Assembly: GCA_030704615.1 (NCBI GenBank)
Contig: CM060732.1
Coordinates: 64,294,001 to 64,358,000, forward strand
Direction: 5' to 3'
DNA from: Takakia lepidozioides
Lineage: Eukaryota > Plantae > Bryophyta
DNA length: 64,000 bases
Below the pieces are notes generated by a model, which saw only the letters and a list, made by a program, of their open reading frames with translations, was not told the DNA's origin and made no database searches. Shown in pieces: positions 1 to 13,364 of this stretch. Both the position numbers and the translations under genes were made by a program. Positions within the stretch are counted from its first letter, which is position 1. The number at the start of each line of letters is the position of its first letter.

Positions 1-1229
1 GGGCCCGACTGCAGAAGTTTACGAAGATTCTTAGGGGTTACAGGAGCTTCCAGGGAGACGGAGCAACAGGGGAAGAACTTCTAGGTAGTTTGGGCGCCGT
101 TTCCGGGCATGACATCAGACACGTTTCCGTTCCAATATACTGTCCCATCACACACACTGCTTTTGGATAGGTAGCTTCTTGGAGCCTCGCTGCAGCAGCA
201 GCTGGGCACCAACTTCATCTTGCTTGCAAGCACACATTGAGAAAGGGCCGTCGAGATCTCGCAAAGGGAAGTTATCCGAATTTGCTTATAGAGTACAACA
301 AACTGCAAAACAGTCTAAAAATATCGCTGATGAGGATCGGGAGACCAGTGACTTGAGCATTGATCAGCTGCTTGTTTTTATTGTTCGAAAGATCACGCAA
401 TACACGAATGGAGAACATGATTTGACAACGCACACTTCAAAACAGTAGTGTATAAATGCTCGAAATCCACTGTTCAACCTGTGGACTGTTCACTGCATTC
501 AATCAAGTAGCTGAAGTGACAAATGTTTGAGTCGAAAGATAACTCCCTCATCATCGAATTTTCAAACGAACAATAAATGTCCAGAATCCAACTTCACTTT
601 AGTGTTTGTCTTCTTCTAGTAAAAGCCCTGAAGTAGTTGAGGTCCATGGTGTCCGTCACCTACCAATTTGAAATTTGAATTCAAAAGGCGACCGGCAACG
701 CATTATAAACGGTCAAAATCCGGCCTACAGCCGGTCACCGTCTCCCTCCCATTTCCTGTTTGAATGTTGATTAGGGTTTAGACTGTCTTTGTTGGGTCGC
801 CCCAGGGTCTCAGGAGCAGAGAGGGTGACGTTGATGTAGCATCCACATGTGGAGAAATGTGGGAGACAATTCCAGTGAGACACATAGTACACTGCATTTT
901 TGTAAGGTCATCTATGAAAATACTGAGTTTTGGCTACACTCTACTTGGGAAATAGCAGCGTAATGGAATGGAGAGGAATTAGTTGGTCTTGTTCAATACA
1001 TCACAAGTTGAGTGAGTACCTTTGAATGTGTGCAAACAAATTTGGTTTGTGAGGCTGGAAAGGTGCAGATGGGCATCACAGCATTGGGGACTCACAAGGC
1101 ACTGGCTGGCTTGGGCCATCTGTAAACTTTCTTGTCTTCAAGGATCACCTCACAACCATTTGGTTCAGAAAATAGAGGAGTCACGTCTTCCATCTAGGGG
1201 TGTAATCGTGTAAACTTATGCCACTAAGA

Positions 1230-2560
1230 AATACTATGAAGACGTGTTTTGTAAGGTTGGCAGAACGCAACTAGAACTGACTTTATGGGGCATCACCCTT
1301 TCCTGATGCATTTGCTCCTAGACCTGTACAACCTCTTTCATCATACCCATGCTGGGTATATCCTGCAATCTCCATGTTGAACACTTGAGGTGCATCCTCC
1401 AGCTCCTGCACTTGGCATACATGCGACTAAAGGTGTTATCTAAATAAACTGACATAGGATGCACTTCCAGCCCTCATGATGTCAGCATGGACCTCTCTGC
1501 CCCTTTTTAGAGCTCCTAGCATAGCAAAAGCTTTGAGAAGTACGCCAATGACTGTGACCTTGTTGGGAGTCACAGCTCCTACCAGTTGCATATGCTCATA
1601 AATCTCAAATCCATGCCCGGGCTGAGCATATCCTACAAGTATATTGTCAAACCCTTGACATGCATCCTTCATGCTCCTGCATTTAGCATACATGTCAACA
1701 ATATCCTCCGAAATCACTCCTTCCAATTGCATTTGCTCATAGATATTCAAAGTTTCATCCACATGCCTGTGCTTGACGTACCCTCTCATGATTTTAGTCC
1801 ATATAAACAGACCTCGTTCAGGCAAACACATTGCATGCATACACCTGACATACATGCTGAGAAGGGTCTTCAGTAGAAACATATGTGGCTTGAAGCCCAC
1901 TTTGGACAATGTGCGTGGGCGTGCACCTGCTTTGCCTTCGCTCGGTCCTTTCATGTTGATGCACTCTTGCAAGATACAGACATAAGTATTGGAATCTGCG
2001 TGAATGCCTCGGTTCAAAAGATGCACTGCATTTTTCAGTTGTCCTATCTTACACTGTCTCTACATGTGCACTAATGCCAAAAAAAGCCCTGTTTCGTGCT
2101 ACTGGAAGTTCTAGCCCTGCTTCCAGTCTGATGTCCAACAAACGTTTCCGTATGATTCCAACCAGCCAAACAGATTGTGCTCAACCTTGCTCCCAGCAGC
2201 TAGCTCTTCTTTCACGCAAGCAGGACCATCAATCCAAAGGGCCTCCTTTTGTGTACTATGTCCGGGACTATCTCATCAAACCTGTTGTCCCACCACGGGA
2301 AAGCTCTGAGAACAACTCCTGCCATAGCTGGTCTAAGTTCATTGTTCACCTTCCTTCGCTTTCCCTGAAACCAGGAGGGGTCATTATCACCATCTCTTGC
2401 AATAGTCTCGGGCCAGACATTGCCAAGGGGATGCCCATTTCGACTCCACAGCTGGCCCTTGAATGTGCGGTACGATGGGATGCCTCCCATCCCTTCACCT
2501 CAACAGGAGATGGCCTTGGGTATGACCTCTGTCTGCACTCTCAGGACAGCGACGGAGCAG
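1230..2560 (-). pseudogene. PLS-class pentatricopeptide repeat (PPR) gene relic, N-terminal part
   Basis: ORF 1436..2026 has PPR motifs (SNTYVCILQEC, LLSMYVRC, IVDMYAKCRSMKDACQGFD, PNKVTVIGVL, GREVHADI). It continues with stops and frameshifts to about 1230. Boundaries are approximate. Confidence 0.75.
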
Positions 2561-2639
2561 GCTAACATCTCTGAGCCTGTGAGAGAGTCAAGAGAAGATA
2601 GCGTGAGAAACAAGAAGACAGTGGCATGAAAGAGATCAG

Positions 2640-2860
2640 AACAACGATTGTTGTCTTTGAGATGAACTTGGTGGCAGTATGGCAGTCACCACACTCTCGA
2701 AGGTTCTTGAAAATGGGGATAGGTGATCCAGGAGCCGTCCTAATGAGCTCAAAAGCAATACCTAGCTTCTCACTATTGTGGCAAAGGGACAATTCCTTTT
2801 GCTCATCCTCCACATCATGCAATACGAAACGGGTGTCGAGCACATACCCAGCCTCCTGGA
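2640..2860 (-). pseudogene. DYW cytidine-deaminase domain fragment of a PPR RNA-editing factor
   Basis: [34 protein letters not shown]...[18 protein letters not shown]. The HxE motif is altered (HNSEK) and the terminal DYW is missing. Confidence 0.85.
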
Positions 2861-5136
2861 AAGACACACTTTCTTCCCCTGGCTCCACTCACTTGTGCGC
2901 TTTGCTTGCCTGAAACTTGCCCCTGCATGACCAACTCTCTCGGTTGTGATTCTGTGTCTTCATGCTTGGCAGTTTGTGATTTTTGAATTTGAACTTTTTG
3001 CCTCTTATCACCTCTCCAATTGTCATTCAGTGTTCAGTTTCAATAGGGTCATTGTATTCACAAAGAGTGCGAGGAATGAAGACGCTATTAATCTAAAATG
3101 AGAGGCATAGCTGTCAGGGTAAACTACTGAGGAGTACAAAACCAGGTCAACAAGACAACCAGATGAGGATATGTGCTACTTCCACAAGTGATAAACCAAA
3201 TAGAGAGCAGCTTAGCATTAGAGACTAGTTAAAGCACAATTATCGTGATGGTAGGTTGCCAAAGGAGCACATTACCTTCATCAAACCTCTCTTCCTGTCA
3301 AGCTCATCTTTCACCTTCTCCACAATAAAATGATTTATTCCCCCCATAAGGAGTAGGCTACGTCAGTCAGGAGACCCAGGCTGACTACTCACAGAGTTGA
3401 AACCTGCTGGAGCTTCTCAACATCCGCAACACCCTTGAATAGAAGGAGATGAAACAGTGATGGTTGGGGGTTGCCAAAGGAACTAAAGAATCTTCCTGAT
3501 AAATATGCAGTCGCAGGAAGACTGCAGACAGAGCTAGAACTAGTACAGGGAAGGAAGACAAATTAAAAAAATACTAGAAGGAGCTTTACCAATTCCAAAG
3601 TATTGCCATGGATGTACTGCAATAGAGCACCGATCCATTGTTGCAAGAATGCGGTCGTTCAAGGTGTATGGCATGGTCATGGACAGTCATGGTGTTTGTG
3701 CATGGAGCACTGCACCATCTGGAAGAAGGCCAATCATCTTGACCAAGCTCAGAAGTCGTCCAAGATTCTGACAGGAGTGGACATCATTCTTCATATCAAG
3801 GAGCGGAAAGAGGGGTGAAAGCATGGTAAGGTCGGCCCAAAATGGAAGTCACAGACAGTTTAGTTTTGCATTTTGTATATATAGGACTCAATGAAGATGT
3901 TAAGTTGGAATTTTTTATGGGTTATGAAGCAAAATCTAGACCATTGTTGACGTTTCCAACATAATGAAATTTGAATCAGACAAATCTGACAAGATTTGAA
4001 AGTCCATATAAGTCCATGAGTGCATGAATCTTGTGCGGTCACAAAGGGTGATATGCCCTTTATGGACTCATTGGGAAATGAATCCGACATCCATTGTAGA
4101 TGGAAAATTTAATGCAAATCATTGATCTCCCTTGTTATATGAAAATCTGGTTCAATGGTCAAAATTTCCTCCCCTACAAGTTTTAGACGTAATTAAATAT
4201 TTATAGATTTTGTGAATTAGCACATCGATTTTGGACATGCCTACAAAATTTAGACTCGCACCCACCTATGAAGACTTGCAAATTTTCAATCTATGAATTG
4301 ATGTCAATAAAGGGTGAGATTAATAAATAAACTTAGGGAGGTAGCATGATATCATATGTATGTAGTCTTCAAGGTTTCACAAATAGGTTTGTCTAAAAAT
4401 ACATTGTCCATGAAAGTGGAGTCGAGGACTCCAGAATCTACCAGTTTTGGGTGGACCCTATCCTGCATTGACCCAGAGGATGGCGGAAAACATATGCAAA
4501 CAACTTTGGATGTTTTACCAGCCCAAAGTAAATCCAAACCTTCGACAATTGGGGTGCTGTCCCCAGAGGTCACCCAGCTACTGCTATAACCACGACTCAA
4601 GTTACACTGGTTCTCTGGGTCTCTGCCGAAAAGCAACTGTCTGCATGATGGCCAGAATTAGGCAAGGACTATTGCCTATCTGCCCCTTCCGCAAAATTCC
4701 ATATTACCAGTACACTGTAATGTGACCCAATCCTTTCTTGTGAATTATGATGTAGATCCTGGGTTTTCACGACAATCATACTATGCAGGGTTGAGACAAA
4801 GCCAAGGTGGTAGTTTTCCACTTACCATAAGCTGGAGGATTTGTAGGGCACTGTCAAAACTCAGAGCCGTTGTTTGCAGAAAACGTTTGCACACTCCCAT
4901 GCAGTGGTACCTGCTGAGCATTGAGGGCCCCCGTGCTCCAAGAACAGCAGTCACTCCCATCTTTGTGGCCCCCAGTCTGTCGGGATGTGAAAAGAAAAAA
5001 GTTGGAAATCTTTACACAGAGGAGATCACTGTCCCTCGGTACTTCCGCCTTTCTCGGTTATACACAACACTCCATTTCTGTTTGGCTGTTTCTGGAAAGG
5101 TCGGAGGAGCGACCTCGTTCATCCTCGGATATGGAT

Positions 5137-5479
5137 GACAGACTGGGCTGCGGAATGTAACTATGCACGCTGTATGCTCACTCCTTGTGCCCTGGGGTTC
5201 AGGGTTTGAATTCCTTTGGCGCCATCGTACCTAGCGTAGCACTGCTTCAAAGATTTCCCACAGTGAGAGAGAGAGAGAGAGAGCAGGAGTGCTGTAAAAA
5301 TGGTGCAAACATCTCCGTGTATGCGTGTGTTTCATTTTGTTGTTTGCAAGCTGCAAATATAGTATTGCTGGCAAGGCATAGTGGTTCTTTTCTGTGACAT
5401 GGCCCGAGCTTGTGCTTGCAGCTTACGGCGTGGTGCATGGGGTTGACGGTGCGTGCAGGGCAACCGTGCTTCCAAGTGT
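5137..5479 (+). repeat. Copy 1 of a ~350 bp duplicated gene head (promoter, (GA)n leader, short intron); lacks the ATG present in copy 2
   Basis: Aligns directly with 8573..8942. The ATGGCGGCTT segment after the GA tract is missing here. Confidence 0.9.
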
Positions 5480-5499
5480 CCCAATATGGCAGCAACCTA

Positions 5500-7250
5500 A
5501 GGCTCTCTGTGTACATCCACAGGCTAACCACCTCTGGGGACTCTGCCGATATCTATCTTTTCTTCTCTCTCTTTGATGGAAGTGAGTTCACCTCAACACG
5601 TAAGGCAGCCTCGCACAGCTGCTTCTGGATCTCTTTGGCATTTTTTCCTTCAGGAGGCTTAAAAGTGAAGCATCCTGTATCTGCAGCCGTGCCCTTGAAC
5701 CCATCAAAGATTGCTATGATGCCTCCATCCTTGTCATACCCAATAGATTGGCTACGCCAATATGCCAAGGGTGGGACCAGTAACCGTCCAGATCGGGATG
5801 TTTTCAACCCATAAGCTTTGGGAACTTTGCTCGTCTTGTACCCACGGTGCTGGAAGAGGGGGTGGCAAAATTGAGCTACCTTTCCAGGGTTCAGACTCTT
5901 TTTTAGTTGACCTTCTAGTGGTCCTTCCAGCCTTCCTTCCCTCAACCAGCTGCCTTGTATTCTTATTTTGCAGCATGTGTGGCTGATGCACCCCATGCTT
6001 CCTGAGGGGTCTAGGTGTCTCAATACCGTCTTCTTTCATAGCCTTCCTGCCTCTCTTACTTGAGAACTGTGGAGGTGTTATAGGTGCCATTTTTGCAAGT
6101 AGACCCAACACCTCCCCATCCTCATTTAATTCTGCCGGAAATTCTCTTGGCCTCTTGCAGGGGCTCCTTGTGTCATCAACTTTCTCCCGAGATGCCTCTT
6201 CAGCATCATCCCCTTCCAAGACAGCCACTGCCTCTCTTTCCTCCCTACTCACTTGGTCCGCAACTCCTCCCTGTTCACTCATGGGCTCACCTTCTGCTGG
6301 TCCTACTTGATCCCCAGCTAGTTCCATGTCATTGCCCCGGCTCTCTCCTGTTGCAACTGCCACCTGCCCAGCACCTCGCCCACTCCCTACAAGGGTGGTG
6401 ACTGTCACCTGAACATCAACTGGCTCTCTCAAAAATTGGTCAGTAGCTGACATCCCACAGGTGTCTACAATAGCCACCAGCACATCACCTTGCCCTCCTC
6501 CAATCTGGCTAGAACTTCCTGCAGGAGCTTCAATCTTCTGCTTCGACGAACTGGTCTATTTTCAACATCCTTTCGCCCTCTCCGAGCCTTGCTAGTTTTT
6601 AGGGCTGCCGCTGCATCCACAGCCTTGTCAGTAGGGCTACTGCACTCTACCCCTCTACCCTGGCTGCCCAAGTTTTCAATGTCAGGAGGGGGCCTGATGA
6701 TAACTGTCAATGAATCTGGGCTCCCTCTGCCACCATGGTCAGAAGCCTCTCCTTGAGGTGCCCGTCTCATCAAGTAATGCTTCCAAATGTATGGAAACCC
6801 GGTCATAAAACATTGCACAATCCACATAGGCAACCCGGTGGCGACTGATGCATCTTGATTGATACAGCCCTGCAAGCGAACCTCGACACCATCACATGCC
6901 AAGAGTTTCCAGAAGTCCAAACGCTTCACTATAGCTGCAGTCCTTACTTTCTCCGCTTGATCAGCAACCAGAAATCCGCCCACAGCAACTGAATGCCCAT
7001 AGTCAGCAGCCCTGAAAACAGTTGCAAAGGCATGTCTGAGTGAGAAATGTCTAAGCCAAAAGAAGAATAGATCAGGAGCTACTTAGGAATTGACCACTCC
7101 CATTGACTTTCACACAACCGCATTTCAACATGCAAAGGAGATATAACCCCTAAGCAGTCAAGCACCACACTTTTATTAGCACCTGGGTCCTCAAAGTGCC
7201 TGGATACATTCTAATTTCCACGCTTCAACAGAAGTAGCTGATACCTCAGC
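5500..7250 (-). mobile_element. Possible degenerate LINE ORF1-like remnant
   Basis: Broken low-complexity ORFs with a weak LPMWIVQCFMTG knuckle-like segment. No decisive motif. Confidence 0.25.
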
Positions 7251-7699
7251 TCCAGGGCCAAAGACTATAGGACCTGTGCCAACCACCACATAGCCCTCAT
7301 TTGATTCCTATGAATTTAATTTAGTTTGCGATATCCACTGAATAATGGGGGGCTTATGGGTAAGAGTATCCTTCTACGGTAATGCTATGGTGTGGGAAGA
7401 TCATATGGCTGGGAATTGTAGCTGGTCCACAGAGACTTTCGGTACTCCAGGGAAAAACTTTCGCAATGATGCCAATTCCACATGACTTTCACATAGAGCT
7501 TTCCTATCAACCAAGGTGGCGATGTCACCCAAAACAAAAGTCTGACGGAAAATCGGAGAGGCCCGCATAAGAAGAAAGTATAAAATGTGATCATACCCGC
7601 CACCCTCAGAATGTGGCACTCCGATCAAATACCACTTGTATAGCATAACTAGTCCCTCTGTCACCAGTCGCGCCTGCTCCCAATGCTGCATTGCATTGT

Positions 7700-7921
7700 C
7701 CTGGTATACTATTTCTACTGAATCATCCTGCAAGCCTCGTGTTCCCTGAGAAGATGATGTTGCTTTCTGTGGCAGCGGCATTGAAAACCGCCCCCCATCC
7801 TGACCCCGCTCTCCAGCTGCTGATAGATTTCATCGTGCCTTAATCCCCCATCGATTAGCAGTCCCACAGGAAACACATGTGCAGGACGGGGTGCCCCTTT
7901 GATCGTACTACGAATGGGCAA
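7700..7921 (-). pseudogene. Possible Tify-domain-binding (TDBD)/PHD-protein gene fragment
   Basis: HVFPVGLLIDG...QQLESGVRMGGGFQCRCH resembles the VFxxGxLxDG...QKLLEGYKxGGGIxCxCC segment of plant TDBD-PHD proteins (from memory). Confidence 0.25.
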
Positions 7922-8572
7922 GAGTTGCGAGCCTTACCGCTTCCTTTTGCTTCTCTTGCATCAGCAAATGCTCTAGCAAGGTTCCCGAATGTAACCCAAC
8001 ATGGTCAGAGTGGCCAACCTGCTCAGAGAGATAACTGTGCGGACGCATCGGACAACGGCAATCAGTGCGCTCAAAACCTAACCCCGCGCTTGGGTTCTGC
8101 GCAACCCTTTCATTTCCATGGTGTCTGTGAGCCCCCATCCCCCCATCTTCAAGGTTGAAATTAGTCCGCCAGGGGGTACGAGAAGCCGACGAAAGCGGCG
8201 GCGTTATCTGAGCCATCTTTCTTGTGATCGATATGTCATGTTGTTTCATGCAGAAATTGCTGCTGGGGCATTGTACAGACTCTGAGGGCGAGCCCTCCAT
8301 TCTCTGATACTGATGCATTGATCCAGACCCCACCCTCATTGTCCCGTCCACGTCCAGAAATACCACAAACAAATCAGCCCCTCCATCAAACCCTTCCTTG
8401 CACAAGTTCCTCACGGTCCCTCACATAGAAGCAGCCCCATTACATACCTCTCCGATATCTCCCAAAGGTGGGAGACATCTTAACAAAGGCCACACGACAT
8501 GTAGGGCATCATCTCCGCTTGGTTGCCGAACCCAAGAATTGCACTTTGGAAATCGAAGAAGGATTTCTGGAA

Positions 8573-8697
8573 GACAGACTGGGCTGCGGATGAATGTAAC
8601 TATGCACGTTGTTACCTCACTCCTTGTGCCCTGGGGTTCAGGGTTTAAATTCCTTTGGCGCCATCGTACCTAGCGTAGCACTGCTTCAAAGCTTTCC

Positions 8698-8739
<42 letters not shown>

Positions 8740-8942
8740 GGCTTGCAGCAGGAGTGCTGTAAGAATGGTGCAAACATCTCCGTGTATGCGTGTTTCATTT
8801 TGTTGTTTGCAAGCTGCAAATATAGTATTGCTGACAAGGCGTAGTGGTTCTTTTCTGTGACATGGCCCGAGCTTGTGCTTGCAGCTGACGGTGTGGTGCA
8901 TGGGGCTGACGGTGCGTGCAGGGCGACAGTGCTTCCAAGTGT
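8573..8942 (+). repeat. Copy 2 of the duplicated gene head, leading into the maturase ORF; includes a (GA)n microsatellite at about 8701..8735
   Basis: Direct similarity to 5137..5479. Confidence 0.9.
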
Positions 8943-9892
8943 GCAGATGTTGGGTGGCAGATATCAATGGTGGTAGGCTGAAGGGCATTTACAAATTTCA
9001 GAATATTAGGTCTGGCTACCAGGAATTGAAAGATGCTGAATCGAGAAGAATTGCGGGGAGACAAGAGATGACAGATGATAACGTACGTGAAGAGTTGAGA
9101 AGGCTTGCTGTACGAGCTAAACTAAGCATTGGTTTTCCTCTGGGTGGAAGTAGGCAGGTTTCCATCACTTCTATGATTGACACATCTGTGTTACCCACCT
9201 TGAAGGTACTGGTGGAACCACCAGTTGAGCCTTTCTTCAGAGAGTCAAGCCATTGGTTTTATCCTGGAAGGAATTGTCATACAGGAGCAGGTGTGAATTT
9301 ATCATCTGGGCAGAGATCTGGAGATCGGCTCCAAACAGCGAGGAGCCCCACAGCATGTGATGATGAAGAAATGGAGGTAGATGATGATGTTGATGAGGTG
9401 TCTGAGTCCAACCCATCCACACCTCTGATGATAACACGGCCGCGATTACTTGCTCCTGTCAGGGACTTAATAATGGAAGCCGTGGCACGGGGATATGCCA
9501 AACAGAATACTGTGGGCTTGGCCCGAGCAACATCCAATCAAAAGTTTGCTGCCGCAGAGGACAAGCACATTGTCGATCATTTCTCATCGGTAATCCGGGG
9601 CATTGTAAATTATTACTCTTTTGTGAACAAACGCTCCTCGTTATGGAAAGTAGTGTCCATCTACAGAAAGTCCTGTGCTCTAACATTGGCCAGAAAGCAT
9701 AGTCTTCGATCAGCTGGGGCTGCTTACCACAAATTCGGTCCAAACTTGCGGATCTCAGACAAAGGCCAGGAGGTAACATCACTATACTACCCCGATTCTC
9801 TAAAAACTACAGGAAAGTTCAACGTACGATCCCAGAGATTTAGTGAGGTAAACATATTGTATGAAGCTTATGAAGGATCAAGGCGGGGTTAG
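8735..9892 (+). CDS. Group II intron maturase-like protein (RT0-RT2 plus domain X, RT3-7 absent), putatively nuclear-encoded and organelle-targeted
   Basis: Open frame 8873..9892. It has RT2-like LKVLVEPPVEPFFRESSHWFYPGRNCHT and domain X RPRLLAPV...IVDHFSSVIRGIVNYYSFVN...RKSCALTLARKH...KFG. Start is either ATG 8735 with a phase-0 intron 8759..8884 (GTAAGA...TTGCAG) or the in-frame ATG at 8900. Confidence 0.75.
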
Positions 9893-10411
9893 AGAGGAAG
9901 CAGACCACTCACCATGAAATGGGTAGAGTGAAAACTCTGGTAGGAGATGTTTCAGGCACTGTTGGTCTTGTTTTGGATGCTTGTCGAAGTTTATCAACCT
10001 CACCTCCAATGTAGAATGTCTGGGAAGATTTGTCTCTCTCTTATTGAGGGAAATGTAAGGAAGAAAGCTTTATGTGAGTGCAGCAGAAGATGGAAGGCAC
10101 TAAACAATGCTCACAGGAAATCCTGCGTTTATATATGAGCACAGCAGTGCCAGAATTTTGCACGCAACAAAGTTTGACACTACATACCAGTTCATGTTTG
10201 GGAACGAGGTTCTTCAGTTATGGATGGCAAAAACACCCTTGTGAATTAGAAAACTTTTGTCACTCAGTTCGTTGGACACACGACTTCAATTTGCAGAGCA
10301 ATGGATCGTTTAGTCATATCTCAAAGAACAATCGGAACCGAGCACAATAAGAGGAAGTAAAGTTGCATGGTCGATTATACCAGTCTATGAAACGTATGTT
10401 TAGGGGTATCA

Positions 10412-11823
10412 TTGCCAGGAAGCAATGGGGTTGTAGTTAAAGGTGTAATTAGCTGCTCAGAAGAGGATGCATCACAGCTTTTGGATCGTCTTCTCGATGC
10501 CTATGTATTTGGTGGAGGGGGAAGGTCTGTGCTTCGGAACAAGGATGGCCAGGGATCCTCCGGGCTCCAACCAGCCGGTAGTTCTGCAAGAGAGTTTGAA
10601 GAGAAAGGAAATGGAAGCCCCTCATTCTCAAGTTGGGCTGCATAGCAGCTCGAACCCTAACGGAAGTCCTTATATCCAAGAAGAACGCACAGGAAAGCTG
10701 AAGCATTACTATGATGACGAGAGAGGAGTGCTTTATGTACAATTTGTGTGGGGAGCATGGCCTCTGGACTTCCTAAAGGAGGAAAAGGTGGAAAGCTTGG
10801 GAGAAAGGCTCGAGCGTTGCGAGGCCAGCAGCTTGTGCAGTCTTTTGTTCATGTTTTCTGTAAGGTTTTGCTTTCCCACCCTCCACCCTGAAGCCCATTA
10901 TTGTATTTTTTTCGCTTTTGTTTCTACATGGTGCTCAAGGCTTAATTCCAAATTTGAGGGGAGATGCCAGGGGGTTCATGGGTTGTCTTTGATTCGGCTG
11001 TTTCTCTGCTGACGGACAGAATCTTTAGTGGGAAAACCCTGGTAGCATGATGTCAATGGTAGACCTTAATGTAGCACCAGATTATCATTCGGGCACAAGG
11101 ACCATTGTAATTTCAGGTTGGTGTTTTTAAACCAGCTCCGGAAGAGTTAGCAGCCTGCTTGAGGTATACTCGCAACTGGGTGTCAGAGCTAACGTCCACA
11201 GGGCCCTGTCAATCTGGGCACCTGCAGCCAACTCTGAAACTGTAATTTTTCTTATGGAAGCAACACCGCTTAATCCTAGTATTCTGGTGGCACCACCATT
11301 TGGATTGGGAGATAAGGAACAAGTCAAACATAAAGATACAAATTTGGGGCCCATTTGATCCAACATATGTTTTCCCCTCCAAAGTCATCAGGTCTATCTC
11401 TGTTTGCAAAGTAGTTGGAAGTTCTTGGAGAAGTTGGAAGCCAACTGTATGCATCTTAGTAATCATCTTACCTCAGTTAGTGCAGCTTCAAGCAAAGTGA
11501 AGTCAGATTGCTGATCATGGAGGCAAAGATTGGTGATTACAGGTGTACCACATCATCCTGTGTCTCTAGCCTCCAGCAATGGCTCAGGAAGGAATGCAGG
11601 TGCCACAGGGCGGCAAGCATCGACCATAGGTCTTATGTCAGGTTCAGCCCCCATCTTGTTTCCTGGGCAGTGTGCACCAGTTGCTCTGTTTTTCTGCTTG
11701 GATGAATTTCCACAGCCACCAACTGTAGGCACCCCTGTTCCTGTCTCCAATGGATCTCGTTCTGATGACGCATCAGAGACCACATGGGCTTCTATCAGTA
11801 TGCAAACAGGGTCTGAACAGTAG
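10412..11823 (+). pseudogene. SMG8: SMG8-like nonsense-mediated decay factor, N-terminal fragments
   Basis: NGVVVKGVIS...SQLLDRLLDAYVFGGG, KHYYDDERGVLYVQF...LLFMFS and GLMSG...LFPGQCAPVALFFCLDEF match plant SMG8 motifs. The pieces are frameshifted and truncated. Confidence 0.7.
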
Positions 11824-13030
11824 AGTCTGGCTTGTTCAAATTGTGCAAAATATGTCCAGAAGGGTTCCCCTTGGATTTTCACGGGAACAGTTCATCCAAC
11901 CTATACTCCTGGAGGGCAGGCATGGGGGGCAGAGCTGTGCAGGCACCTCTCTGCTTGGCTGAGTTGAGGGAATTCTATGTGGCAGATGTCGATTGGGATT
12001 TCGCGAGAGGGATGGTCTTTTGGCTCTGCTGCAGGGAAGAACTGGTGTTTATCAAAGCCACATTGAAGTGTAGAACAAATTAATTTTTAATACAAGTGAG
12101 TGCTATTTGCTCGCTTCTGAGCTTCGATGGCGGAGGCTCGGAACCGTGAGTCCAACGGTGAGGGAGGAAGTGGTTCCGCAGGAGTTCAGATCAGTCTAGA
12201 ACTGTGTGGTAAGAGACTGAAGGCCTTGTATGGAGCTGTAAAGAGCACAAAAAGGAGCTGTCGGGGGGCTTGTGGATGCGCCTCGGATACCTGAAATCTC
12301 CAGCATTGCATCTTTGGTTGCTGGGTTACGAGTTTCCTTGGACAGTCGTGGTGTTTGTGCCTGGAGCATCTACTTTCTCGCATATCAGAGCATTTTTCAA
12401 GGGAATAAGAAACACACTGCAATTGAAGGCCTTATATCAAACCTTACAATTAGACGAGGGTATGCTTTAGATTCTCCCTCATAAGCTGAGAAGCCTCACT
12501 CTTTGTGCAAGCTAACACTCCTAGCTGTTGGGCACCTTCAGCTTGACGTGTGACTGAGTAGAATTTGTATTTGCCTAGTTTTCTCTTGGAAAAACATCTC
12601 CTGCTGTAAAATTCTGACAAAACAGACCCACCATTCTGGGATGGGATTAGCGAAATCAAAGGTAAGGAAGAAGAAACATTTCCAATAACCAAATTGTAGT
12701 CTTTTCTGAAACGGACTGCGATGGTTATGCTCAAATTCAGAAGACTTTTGCAATATGTGCAGTTGGAGTTTGTCTGCTGTCAAAACCCATGTGATAATCT
12801 AGGTATGATCATCAGCTCAGGAAATAGGAGTGTGTAGGTGTTCCCATTGGGTGGTCCAAGAGACCATATATTCATTGATGACAGGGCTTCAAGCCGTAGA
12901 TTGTGTGCCAAAATACAGGGAATGTAATCCATCACTTGCCCTCTTGTATCATGACGTGCTCACCTTGTTGCTTTTCGATTCCGGTTTGTTTTTAAATTCT
13001 AGTTCTGAATTTTAGATTGCATCAGGCTCG

Positions 13031-13364
13031 AGAATCATGTGATGAAGTTGTCTTGTTTGTTATTGGACTGGGTAGGGGTGGTGTCTGAAAGATTACAAGC
13101 AGCACACCATGACTCAATTGCTCCACCCCATTTTATCTAGAGAATCAGGTGGTGAAGTTGTCTTGTTTGTTATTGGACTGGGTAGGGGTGGTGTGCTACT
13201 GGTGTCTGAAAGACTACAAGCAGCACACCATGACTCAACTGCTCCACCCCATTTTATCTAAAGAATCACGTGGTGAAGTTGTCTTGTTTGTTATTGGACT
13301 GGGTAGGGGTGGTGTCCGAAAGATTACAAGCAGCACACCATGACTCAACTGCTCCACCCCATTT
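13031..13364. repeat. Tandem repeat, 3 copies of about 110-121 bp
   Basis: Units start at 13031, 13141 and 13262 (agaatca..gtgaagttgtcttgtttgttattggactgggtaggggtggtg...gctccaccccattt). Confidence 0.9.
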
